A stretch of 64,000 bases of DNA. It comes from Candidatus Sumerlaeota bacterium (GTDB lineage Bacteria; Sumerlaeota; Sumerlaeia; MWCT01; JAUWMI01). Position 1 is the first letter of the stretch. The number at the start of each line of letters is the position of its first letter. The notes beneath the pieces were generated by a model, which was given only the letters and a program-made list of their open reading frames with translations, made no database searches and was not told the DNA's origin. This document shows, piece after piece, positions 29,063-37,501 of this stretch. The stretch lies in NCBI GenBank assembly GCA_030613245.1, contig JAUWMI010000003.1, positions 1,062-65,061 of the forward strand, in the 5' to 3' direction. Position numbers and translations under genes: made by a program.

Positions 29063-30043
29063 TTATTCCAATGTGTTTGGAGTAATCTCGATTTCGACGA
29101 CGTTGGAAGGGATTCTCATGTCTGTCATAGTGACTTTTCCATGGTGCCCAGCGTCGCCGTGTTCTTCTATCCTTTCAAATATTTGAATGCCCTTCCCGCT
29201 GAACTGCACTTTGTACTTGCCTGGGGTTGTGAAAGCGTACTGACTGCTAATATCGAAGTTGTCGAAAAGAACATCACGCTCACCGGGCTTTATTGCATGG
29301 GAGGCGCCGAATATCTGAAATTCGTCTGCAGTACAGGGGATACGATCTCCGTGCTCGTCGGTTATGGTCATTGAGTTGTTCACATTGATATACCCTAACT
29401 CCAACTCTCCATCATTGATGAGCTCGAGGCGGAACAGCAAGGGCTGGCCGAGAATAAACGTATCGCTCACCGGACTCAAACGAATTTCGACGTCTTTCAA
29501 TTTTTGCTCCAGGGCCTTCCGTTGCCCCGCATATTCTTCGGATTGGCGCTTTTTCCGAAGTGTTTCCTGTTCAATCCATAGTTCAAGAGGTATTGGCTCA
29601 AAGTCAATAAGCCATCCTGCCTCGGTTTTGTTGACGGTCCATTTCCAGCTGATTGTTGGTTTAATACCTGGCTCTCGGAATCGCATAGAGCACCCGAAAC
29701 TGGTCTGTTCTTTTTCGCGCAGCCCTTGCCATCGCGATACGGGGAAGCTCTTCATCTGAACAAGTTGTTTAACGGGCACCACGTCGCGAAAGAAGGCTTC
29801 TGTTGACTCATATTTTTTAGCTTTTGTAATGACGCTTTCTGAACAACACGATAGAGCCTTCTCCCATTCACATTCTTTAAGGTCCTGCTGAAATCGATGC
29901 ATCACGCTTAAAGCTTCCTCAGATAGTGTGAGTATCCTGACGGGTTTTCCGAGGCGGCTCTCCTCCTGCGCCGAAACTTGATAAGCGTATAGCGCCACAA
30001 GAGCAATGAGAACAATTGCAACTGTTATGAACCGGGTTTTCAT
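29063..30043 (-). CDS. Hypothetical exported protein (cassette 5)
   Basis: Signal peptide; AGGAGG RBS; C-terminal Ig-like PGKYKVQF...SNVVEIEI. Confidence 0.7.
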   Translation of the reverse strand: MKTRFITVAIVLIALVALYAYQVSAQEESRLGKPVRILTLSEEALSVMHRFQQDLKECEWEKALSCCSESVITKAKKYESTEAFFRDVVPVKQLVQMKSFPVSRWQGLREKEQTSFGCSMRFREPGIKPTISWKWTVNKTEAGWLIDFEPIPLELWIEQETLRKKRQSEEYAGQRKALEQKLKDVEIRLSPVSDTFILGQPLLFRLELINDGELELGYINVNNSMTITDEHGDRIPCTADEFQIFGASHAIKPGERDVLFDNFDISSQYAFTTPGKYKVQFSGKGIQIFERIEEHGDAGHHGKVTMTDMRIPSNVVEIEITPNTLE

Positions 30044-30050
30044 GGTCTTC

Positions 30051-30108
30051 CTCCTAAGCGGGAGTTTATGGGGTTTCGTAGTCTGTCCCCTTGAGCACTT
30101 TGTTATGC
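30051..30108 (-). mobile_element. Degenerate attC
   Basis: R'' GCATAAC AAAGTGCTCAAG after the stop; eroded R' CTTAGGAG. Confidence 0.55.
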
Positions 30109-30113
30109 ACTCT

Positions 30114-30626
30114 CTACTTCACTTTCTTCTTCGGGTAAGATATGCCGAGGTCTTTCGCTATCTGCTCAAATCCGCGTTCGTCCTTGTACTGTTCGATATC
30201 TAGGCCGCGCGTTTGGACTTTCTGCCAAGACGAGCGTGCGTCGTGATGCCTTCGGATGAACGATGCTGGAAACGTGTAGAACTCTGGAGCGCTGGCACCG
30301 TCACGCACGGGGTGCCGCTTTCTCATTTGAAGGAAGTAGCCAACGTTCATGAAGACAACTATAAGGTAATCGAAGGCATCGAGTGTCTTCTCTTTCACAG
30401 GGAATCCACGGTCGCAGTCTGTGGCGAGGCGGCTCTTAACTTGGACGCGGATTTGCCTTCCGCTCCGCCGGGGGTTTGGATGAATGCAGATCAGGTCGTA
30501 ACCCTCGTTTTGAGGAGGCGCCTTGTATGTGAGGATATCCCTCCGCATCAAGTTCCCCATGACAAGATACTCGGCGCCATATGATATTACAGGATACCTG
30601 GTGAACACCGATTTACCCTTTTTCAT
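30114..30626 (-). CDS. PD-(D/E)xK nuclease / restriction-endonuclease-like protein (cassette 4)
   Basis: GAEYLV ... GYDLIC ... IRVQVKSR motif order. Confidence 0.7.
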   Translation of the reverse strand: MKKGKSVFTRYPVISYGAEYLVMGNLMRRDILTYKAPPQNEGYDLICIHPNPRRSGRQIRVQVKSRLATDCDRGFPVKEKTLDAFDYLIVVFMNVGYFLQMRKRHPVRDGASAPEFYTFPASFIRRHHDARSSWQKVQTRGLDIEQYKDERGFEQIAKDLGISYPKKKVK

Positions 30627-30643
30627 CGTATTCCTCTTGAGTG

Positions 30644-30751
30644 GCAAAACTGTGCCAAATGAACTTCAAAATGGGGAGCGACGGTATTTCTGACTTCCCT
30701 TGAAGCACCATTCAAAATGCCATCTGTCGCTATTTTACCCATAGGTTAGGC
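30644..30751 (-). mobile_element. Degenerate attC
   Basis: R'' GCCTAAC overlaps the stop codon; imperfect stem (ATGGG..GCGAC / GTCGC..CCCAT); R'-like GTTTTGC. Confidence 0.55.
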
Positions 30752-31705
30752 CTTCCTGGTAACTGAAATCGCTTCTTCTACCGCTAACCTGGCTAGGAGT
30801 TTTACCACACACACGTCTGCCGCGAGCTCGAAGTAGGAACTATCAAAGTTGACAGGTACGATGTGATGCCCATGAGCCAGTCCGCAACGGTTGGTATTAT
30901 AAAGGTATTTTGCTACGCCAGCCGGGTCCCGCCACTTGATCAGGAGTTCGTCAATACGCTCTTGAGCTCGAAACATGTAGAACGCGATTGCGTCAACGGG
31001 ATCGGCGCCGGGATATTCGCTGTGATGAACGAAGATGCGGTCTTCTGTGAGGGACTTAAGGTCCCGGAGGCTTTCACCAATCCATCTTTTGCCGTTGTTC
31101 CCCGTATGGCTTTCTATGGCTCGATAGTAGCACAGATATTCCGAGGAGTGATCCATCTGCCTGAGGCCAACGGCGTAAAGGTGAATGCTGCGGGCGGCCA
31201 CGGAGTAGAGATCGCGAAGAGGGAGTTGATCTCCGTGCCTTTGATTAAAGTCGACAAATGTCAACGGACCGTGCCGAGATTCTCGGGCCATTTCCAGACA
31301 ATGCAAGTAGTCGCGGATGAAAAAAGTTTGCTCGAGAGTACCTGGCTGAAACGGCTTAATGGGCCGGTAGCTAACAGAGTCGCGAGCCTCATCTACAAGG
31401 GTCAAAACAGCCCCCTGCTGGGTGCCACCGTTCACGTAGCGATATTTATAGCGTTCGAATTCCTCAAAAGCGGGCCGCACAAATGCTGGAGAATCGTGGA
31501 GATACGCCAGGCAATCCGCCCAGAATAAAGCATCTTCCAGTGTGACTTGTGGCGACTTGACCAGTGGCAGCGTCCAAAGTATCCCTGACGGATGATCATT
31601 ATGTAGAACCACGCGATCGTCGATCACTAGGCCATCCGCTTGCTCGGCGTTCAGGCCGCACACTACAATCGGAAACACATCCTTACGTTCTTCGTCTACC
31701 TTCAC
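30746..31705 (-). CDS. HEPN-like (MauJ-like) protein (cassette 3)
   Basis: YLCYYRAIE followed by RCGLAH (Rx4H). Confidence 0.65.
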   Translation of the reverse strand: MKVDEERKDVFPIVVCGLNAEQADGLVIDDRVVLHNDHPSGILWTLPLVKSPQVTLEDALFWADCLAYLHDSPAFVRPAFEEFERYKYRYVNGGTQQGAVLTLVDEARDSVSYRPIKPFQPGTLEQTFFIRDYLHCLEMARESRHGPLTFVDFNQRHGDQLPLRDLYSVAARSIHLYAVGLRQMDHSSEYLCYYRAIESHTGNNGKRWIGESLRDLKSLTEDRIFVHHSEYPGADPVDAIAFYMFRAQERIDELLIKWRDPAGVAKYLYNTNRCGLAHGHHIVPVNFDSSYFELAADVCVVKLLARLAVEEAISVTRKA

Positions 31706-31724
31706 TGTTAAGAGACCTCAGGAG

Positions 31725-31757
31725 AGCTAACGGATCAGCTTGATTGCACAGTTAGAT
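31725..31757 (-). mobile_element. Internally deleted 33-bp attC
   Basis: Minus strand ATCTAAC TGTGCAATCAAGCTGATCC GTTAGCT. Confidence 0.65.
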
Positions 31758-31759
31758 GG

Positions 31760-32440
31760 TTATTCAGAATCTTGATCTTCACCCCAAAGAAACTTCACTC
31801 CTGTGAAGCGGACCAACGTATTTTTCTTGAGCCAATTAGGAGGTTTAATTCCACCTTGATCATGAAAATGAAGCAACATTTGTTGCGCAATATTACAGTA
31901 TTTATCCGTTGGCGTTTTGTAACCTATGCGCTTTAAATTTTTATTAAAAAGCTGATCCTCTGGATATGGGTGAACTATAAAATGCCGTGAATCCTCATTG
32001 AGTTCTTTAAAATCCTGCCATAGTATAGGATTTACTTCATGTGGTTTTTTATAATTTAATAAATCGCATAATGTTTTTATTCTTTCTGATAATTCCCGCG
32101 CTTTTTTATGCCTGGCTAATTTTCTAAAATCATCGACTTCTCCAAATAACTCGCGAAAACGCTTTGACCTTTGGCAAGTATCGTCTCTCTTTTCCCATAT
32201 TCTGTAAAGTTGATAGTTAACAAAAGATTCAATAGCTAAGTAGCTATAGATTATTGTTACAGAAACAACACTAATTGTAGCATTTATGATTGGATTACAG
32301 CCATGTTTTTCAATAAGTCGATCTACATTTGGGTGATCCAGCTTGAGAGAAACGATCGATGATCTTGCAATCTCAAGATAACAATGTGTTAGATTTAGAG
32401 TGAATCTAGGATTACCGCTTGTCATTTTCATATCTTCCAA
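31760..32440 (-). CDS. HEPN-like protein (cassette 2), AT-rich
   Basis: LAIESFVN followed by RHFIVH (Rx4H); visibly lower GC than its flanks. Confidence 0.6.
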   Translation of the reverse strand: MEDMKMTSGNPRFTLNLTHCYLEIARSSIVSLKLDHPNVDRLIEKHGCNPIINATISVVSVTIIYSYLAIESFVNYQLYRIWEKRDDTCQRSKRFRELFGEVDDFRKLARHKKARELSERIKTLCDLLNYKKPHEVNPILWQDFKELNEDSRHFIVHPYPEDQLFNKNLKRIGYKTPTDKYCNIAQQMLLHFHDQGGIKPPNWLKKNTLVRFTGVKFLWGEDQDSE

Positions 32441-32447
32441 TTAACCC

Positions 32448-32507
32448 GTCTAACGTTTGGCTCAGCGGCGGGCGCTATTCCTTGTCGGCTGGATCTGTTT
32501 GTTGGGA
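32448..32507 (-). mobile_element. Integron attC site (best preserved in this array)
   Basis: Minus strand TCCCAAC AAACAGATCCAGCCG...CCGCTGAGCCAAAC GTTAGAC. Confidence 0.8.
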
Positions 32508-33611
32508 TCGTTTTTTTCTCTTTTCATAGGATTTCGCCAAAGCGGCTGCCTTCAAGTATACACGCTGCTGCAACTCTTGATCGCTTATGTCGCCGCGCAA
32601 GAATGCTTCCGTATCTGGTGTTGTGGCCTGCAACACGGCCACCTCGAAATCCATTTCCTCGTCCTCGCACAATCCTGGCGGCTTGGGGATATTAAGGGAC
32701 CATCCGACCTCTCGGGTTGGGCCGCCCCGAACGAAAAATGGCTCGCGGCCCCCCTGCGTGAGCGTATTACCTTCTGCCTTCTTCTCTTTGTAGTAACACT
32801 CTAGGTGGGGAGGTAGTTCCCACTTCTTGGTCGACAGGGAGTAGTGGGCACCCAGAATCTTCAGGACACTCTTTGACTTCTCGATTGAGCAATTGAGGCG
32901 CTCAGCAAGCTCACGCGAACTGACGGATGTATTTTCGCCAAGATATCGCGCTGCCTTGAAGAGAATTCCATCCGGTGCCGAAAGGGCCTTAAGCCCAGCC
33001 AGTCTTCGATTAAGGTAGATGAACGCACTCTCGAAAACGCGTTCAAAATCGTCACCCATCTGGACGGGAGCTCCCTGCACAAGGGGTTCTACTTTCTTTA
33101 TGTGTGCCTTGGGCAGACGCTCCCACATTCTGCGACCTTGCTTTTTTAGAAGGTCGTAGGAGATTCCGCCGAGGATGCCTGATGCCACGAAGGAGGCGAT
33201 GAGGAGAACCGCATCGACAATGAAGCCCATCCGGTAGTGTGTTTCGGGAACCGACACTTCATACAGGGCCGGAATGTCGTCAGGTTTGCATACCTGTTTG
33301 AAACCGTTCCATGCGTCAGGAAAGAACGTCTCGTAAGTCTCTGCTGTGACGTAGAAATGGATGCTGTACGCAGTTAGCGCAAACGGGCCGCAAAGCTCAT
33401 CGCCGTGTGTGCTTAGGTAGTGGCATTGATAGCGGGGTATTCTGGCCACTCGGAGAAAACGGGCATCCTTGTCACGGCAGTCTTCACATTGCCCCAAGCT
33501 CGATGTTAGGAACTCCGGATCGCTGCCAAGCAATTCGAGAAACTGCCCGCGGAGGGCTTTGCCACAGCCGAGACAGTAGCCCAGGTTCAGCGTTTCCGAT
33601 GTCCTCTTCAT
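32475..33611 (-). CDS. Hypothetical protein with N-terminal CxxC...CxxC and an HTH-like segment (cassette 1)
   Basis: CLGC/CEDC; VSSRELAERLNCSIEKSKSVL; 3' end runs into the attC. Confidence 0.6.
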   Translation of the reverse strand: MKRTSETLNLGYCLGCGKALRGQFLELLGSDPEFLTSSLGQCEDCRDKDARFLRVARIPRYQCHYLSTHGDELCGPFALTAYSIHFYVTAETYETFFPDAWNGFKQVCKPDDIPALYEVSVPETHYRMGFIVDAVLLIASFVASGILGGISYDLLKKQGRRMWERLPKAHIKKVEPLVQGAPVQMGDDFERVFESAFIYLNRRLAGLKALSAPDGILFKAARYLGENTSVSSRELAERLNCSIEKSKSVLKILGAHYSLSTKKWELPPHLECYYKEKKAEGNTLTQGGREPFFVRGGPTREVGWSLNIPKPPGLCEDEEMDFEVAVLQATTPDTEAFLRGDISDQELQQRVYLKAAALAKSYEKRKKRSQQTDPADKE

Positions 33612-33615
33612 TCGT

Positions 33616-33650
33616 CGATCCCAACTATTGTTTATATGGTTTCCGTATAA
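33616..33650 (-). mobile_element. attI-like recombination site
   Basis: Minus strand TTATACGGAAACCATATAAACAATAG|TTGGGATCG; its 10-bp core is the exact complement of CGATCCCAAC in the cassette-1 attC. Confidence 0.7.
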
Positions 33651-33720
33651 GAAGCTTTAACCGGCTATTGCGCCAGATAACTTCTCTCTTAGCGATGTAA
33701 CACATTTGCGCTTACCTGGC

Positions 33721-33813
33721 TCAAAGAGCGTCTGGCGGGCTTCGTACCCCTTTGCCTCGTCGATTGAGAACATGGGTATAGATCATCGCCTTTTTCACAT
33801 CTCTAGCCTAACT
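33721..33813 (-). pseudogene. intI: C-terminal remnant of integron integrase IntI
   Basis: Minus strand encodes RDVKKAMIYTHVLNRRGKGVRSPPDAL*, with a frameshifted LG just before; IntI consensus is LGHxDVxTTMIYTHVLNRGGxGVxSPLD. Confidence 0.85.
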
Positions 33814-33970
33814 AACAAACAAGAATATCCCAGCCTCTAATATAATTGCAAGTTTTTTCTGTTATGCCAATCCAGGTGCGAGCATAATATAGCCCAAATT
33901 TTGCAGTTGAGTTTAATGAAAGTGACAAGATCATTATGCAAAATACAGAAAAAGCTTTGATTAGTATTTT

Positions 33971-34004
33971 ACCACGAAGGCACTAAGGCACGAAGGCCAC
34001 GAAG
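33971..34004 (+). repeat. 8-bp-period tract (CACGAAGG) x4
   Basis: accacgaagg cactaagg cacgaagg ccacgaag. Confidence 0.7.
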
Positions 34005-34036
34005 ATTTCTTGACAAAAAAATGACAGAAACTATTA

Positions 34037-34565
34037 GACAGGATGAAAAAACGTAAAGAATCTTGTAAATCTTGTAAATCATGTCCAAAAAAAAGTAAAA
34101 AGAAGGACAGAAATTATCAGACAGGATTGACAAGATTAACAGGATTTAAAGACGTAAAGAATCTTGTAAATCATGTAGATCTTGTCCAAAAGAATTTAAA
34201 AAGAAGCACAAACATTATTAGACAGAATTAACAAGATTAACAGGATTTAAAAACATAAAGAATCTTGTAAATCATGTAAATCTTGTCCAAAAAATTAAAA
34301 CGAAGCACAAAAACTATCAGACAGGATTGACAAGATTAACAGGATGAAAAACGCAAAGAATCTTGTAAGTCATGTAAATCGTGTCCAAAAGAAATGACAA
34401 GAATTATTAGACAGGATTAACAAGATTAACAGGATTTAAAGACGTAAAGAATCTTGTAAATCTTGTAAATCATGTCCCAAAAGAAATGACAAAAATTATT
34501 AGACCGGATTAACAAGATTAACAGGATTTAAAAACGTAAAGAATCTTGTAAATCGTGTCCAAAAA
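34037..34565. repeat. Tandem array of six units (mostly ~83-101 bp, last shorter), each a hairpin of 9-bp-period arms
   Basis: Unit starts near 34037, 34120, 34221, 34320, 34410 and 34502; GACAGGATTAACAAGATTAACAGGATT pairs with AATCTTGTAAATCATGTAAATCTTGTC. Confidence 0.9.
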
Positions 34566-34712
34566 GCATTCCCCGATCTTCAGAGCCGCCAGGGAAAATT
34601 GCTTTTGACATTAGGGGGTCGTTATGAGAAGGATATTTTTACATCCTGCCAGGAAGGTAGGGCGTGAATATGGCGTATTTAAAACGGGTGAATTTGTAGA
34701 GCGGTTGGTGAT

Positions 34713-34970
34713 ATGGCGAAAAAGTCTGAAGAGCTTGTAAAGTTTGAAGAGGCCTTAAAGCGGCTGGAAAAGATTGTTGAAAAGCTGGAAGGAGGCGAGA
34801 CCTCACTGGAGGAATCGCTTAAGCTCTTTGAAGAAGGCAAACGTCTGAGCACCAATTGTCTGAAGCAGCTTACCGAGATTGAAAAGAAGGTGCAGAAGAT
34901 CGTTGAGAAAGATGAAGGCAAGGTGAAGCTGGAGGATTTTGCGCCTGAGACAGAGAGCGAGAAGAACTGA
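34713..34970 (+). CDS. xseB: Exodeoxyribonuclease VII small subunit
   Basis: FEEALKRLEKIVEKLEGGETSLEESLKLFEEG. Confidence 0.93.
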   Translation: MAKKSEELVKFEEALKRLEKIVEKLEGGETSLEESLKLFEEGKRLSTNCLKQLTEIEKKVQKIVEKDEGKVKLEDFAPETESEKN

Positions 34971-35035
34971 TCACCAGGAAGATCATTATATCTGGCTCTT
35001 TTTCAAATGAGTCAGCAGTTTGCTCAAGAAATTAT

Positions 35036-35072
35036 CCCCCTCACCTCAATCCTCTCCCACAAGGGGAGAGGA
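35036..35072. repeat. REP-like palindrome
   Basis: CCCCCTCACCTCAATCCTCTCCCACAAGGGGAGAGGA. Confidence 0.6.
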
Positions 35073-35444
35073 GGCAAGGTTAATGACTGAAGATGGCGAT
35101 CCACAAGGGGATGAGGAAGTAAGGTTGGGCAATGACTGAAGGTTCCGAATAGCAAAGAGCACCCTGTCAATTCACGCCATCTTCTTGAAGGAACCTTCAA
35201 GCACTAAAAGCAAAATGCAGTTGGGGAAGAAGTCGTATTATTGATCTTCGTATAAATAAAGAAACAGCCAAAGCCGCTGAAGGCCTTATTTTTGTGCGAA
35301 CGCTTGGCCTTCGACTGTGCCATTCAACGTGGCACGTGCATCACGCCCCAGGCGCATTTTCCAATTGCGCGTGTAGATTCATCCGTCTAGGCGAATGCCA
35401 CGCATAGACCAAAAGAGGTTCTTGGGATTCTATAGTTGGTAGTT

Positions 35445-35473
35445 GTAGGGGCGTTTAATTAAACGCCCCCTAC
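35445..35473. repeat. Solo REP of the RAYT-associated family
   Basis: GTAGGGGCGTTTAATTAAACGCCCCCTAC. Confidence 0.8.
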
Positions 35474-35578
35474 ATGCTGACCTATCTGACAAAGGGCCTT
35501 ATACCTTATATCAATGTTGGAAAGACATAATACAGCCCACGGGTTATTCGGGATTAAGAGCGAGGTTAGATTAGCACG

Positions 35579-37501
35579 GTGAAGGACGAAAATCTGTTAC
35601 AGTTGATTCAGACACCACGGGATATCAGGCAGTTGACGTTGGAGCAGCTCGTGCAACTGGCCGAGGAGTTGCGTGAGGAAATCATTCAGGTGGTGTCGAA
35701 AGTCGGGGGTCATCTGGCATCGTCACTAGGAACAGTGGAGCTGGCCCTGGCGCTCCATTACGTGTTTGACACGCCGGTGGACAAGATTATCTGGGACGTG
35801 GGGCACCAGGCGTATGCGCATAAGCTATTGACCGGGCGCGGTGATGCGTTTCAAACGCTGCGTCAGTACGGTGGCATCAGCGGGTTCTGCAAGCCAGAGG
35901 AGAGCGAGTACGATGCGTTTGGGGTCGGCCATGCCAGCACATCAATTGCGGCGGCACTTGGGATGGCGTGTGCGCGGGATTTGCAGAATGAGCAATACAA
36001 GATCGTGGCCGTGATCGGCGATGGGGCGATGACTGGTGGGCTTGCCTACGAGGCGCTCAACAATATAGGGCATTTGAACAAGGACGTTCTGGTTGTGCTG
36101 AATGATAATGAGATGAGCATTTCTTCCAATGTTGGGGCGATAGCGCGCATTTTGAACCGGCTTATTACGGGGAATTTCTATAATATTGCGAAAGAAGATC
36201 TGGAGAAGTTTTTGCGCCGCTTCTCGCGTCTGGGCAAACGGATGCTTCGCTTCACACACAGGGTGGAGGAAAGCATCAAGGGATTAATTGTGCCGGGCAT
36301 CTTCTTTGAAGAGATGGGCTTGCGCTATATTGGACCAATAGACGGGCATAATCTTGAGAGTCTAATCGAGACATTCAAGAAAGTGAAGGAACTGGGGGGC
36401 CCGATGCTCGTGCATACACTGACCCAAAAGGGGAAAGGCTACTCGTTTGCCGAGAAGGACCCTGAGCGGTTCCACAGTGCGGCGAAATTCGATATTGCCA
36501 CGGGGAAGACATCTTCCGATGGTGTCACCTATACGCAGGTATTTGGCGACACGATGTGTGAGCTGGCAGAGCGAAATGAGCGGATCGTAGCAATCACGGC
36601 AGCCATGCCATTGGGCACAGGGCTAAGTATGTTTGCCCAGCGCTATCCAGAGCGCTTTTTTGATGTAGGAATTGCAGAGGGGTGCGGGGTGACCATGGCA
36701 GCAGGGATGGCCCGGCGGGGATTGCGGCCGGTGGTTGCTATCTATTCAACTTTCCTGCAGCGCGCTTTTGATCATATGGTTCATGACGTCGCATTGCAGA
36801 AGCTCCCTGTGGTATTTGCCCTCGACCGCGGCGGCGTGGTTGGCAGAGACGGGCCGACACACCACGGCGCCTTTGATCTCTCTTACATGCGGCTGATCCC
36901 AAACATGGTGGTGATGGCGCCGAAGGACGAGGCGGAATTGCGTGACATGCTGCTGACGGCTATTGAGTATGACGAGGGACCCGTTGCCATTCGTTATCCT
37001 CGTGCCGCAGGGGTTGGCAGAGACATTTCGCATCCGCCCAGGCAGATTCCAATTGGCAGGGCCGAGCTTCTTAAGGAAGGCGAGCAGGCAATGATTCTTG
37101 CGCTCGGGCATCCGGTGCAGGCGGCTCTTGAAGCGGCGCGGCTCGTCGAAGGCGAGGGAATCCATATCGGCGTGGCGAATATGCGGTTTGCCAAGCCGCT
37201 GGACACGGAATTCTTGCGGTATGCAGTTAGGAAGTATCAGGTGCTTTTCTCATTAGAAGATAATGTGATCAGTGGTGGATTCGGCTCAGGAATCAACGAG
37301 ATGCTCGTGCAGATGGGTATAACAGATCGCTTTTGTATTCCCATTGCCTTGCCTGACAAATTCATTGAACATGGTACGCAGAAGCAGCTCTATGCAAAAT
37401 ACGGACTCGCCTCAGGCGAGATTGCCCGGCGGGTGCGGATAAGTTTGGGACTTCCTTCGAAGTCTGAGGCGCGAGCCAAGGCCTCGAAGCTTGCTCAGTG
37501 A
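35579..37501 (+). CDS. dxs: 1-deoxy-D-xylulose-5-phosphate synthase
   Basis: GGHLASSLG, WDVGHQAYAHK, GDGAMTGG...LNDN and DGPTHHG motifs. Confidence 0.97.
   Translation: MKDENLLQLIQTPRDIRQLTLEQLVQLAEELREEIIQVVSKVGGHLASSLGTVELALALHYVFDTPVDKIIWDVGHQAYAHKLLTGRGDAFQTLRQYGGISGFCKPEESEYDAFGVGHASTSIAAALGMACARDLQNEQYKIVAVIGDGAMTGGLAYEALNNIGHLNKDVLVVLNDNEMSISSNVGAIARILNRLITGNFYNIAKEDLEKFLRRFSRLGKRMLRFTHRVEESIKGLIVPGIFFEEMGLRYIGPIDGHNLESLIETFKKVKELGGPMLVHTLTQKGKGYSFAEKDPERFHSAAKFDIATGKTSSDGVTYTQVFGDTMCELAERNERIVAITAAMPLGTGLSMFAQRYPERFFDVGIAEGCGVTMAAGMARRGLRPVVAIYSTFLQRAFDHMVHDVALQKLPVVFALDRGGVVGRDGPTHHGAFDLSYMRLIPNMVVMAPKDEAELRDMLLTAIEYDEGPVAIRYPRAAGVGRDISHPPRQIPIGRAELLKEGEQAMILALGHPVQAALEAARLVEGEGIHIGVANMRFAKPLDTEFLRYAVRKYQVLFSLEDNVISGGFGSGINEMLVQMGITDRFCIPIALPDKFIEHGTQKQLYAKYGLASGEIARRVRISLGLPSKSEARAKASKLAQ

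Noticed and set aside
34043..34231. 62-aa ORF with CKSC repeats
   Set aside because: Translation of the repeat array, not a credible Zn-finger gene.
34037..34565. CRISPR array
   Set aside because: Repeats are long and degenerate, linkers resemble one another, and no cas genes are present.
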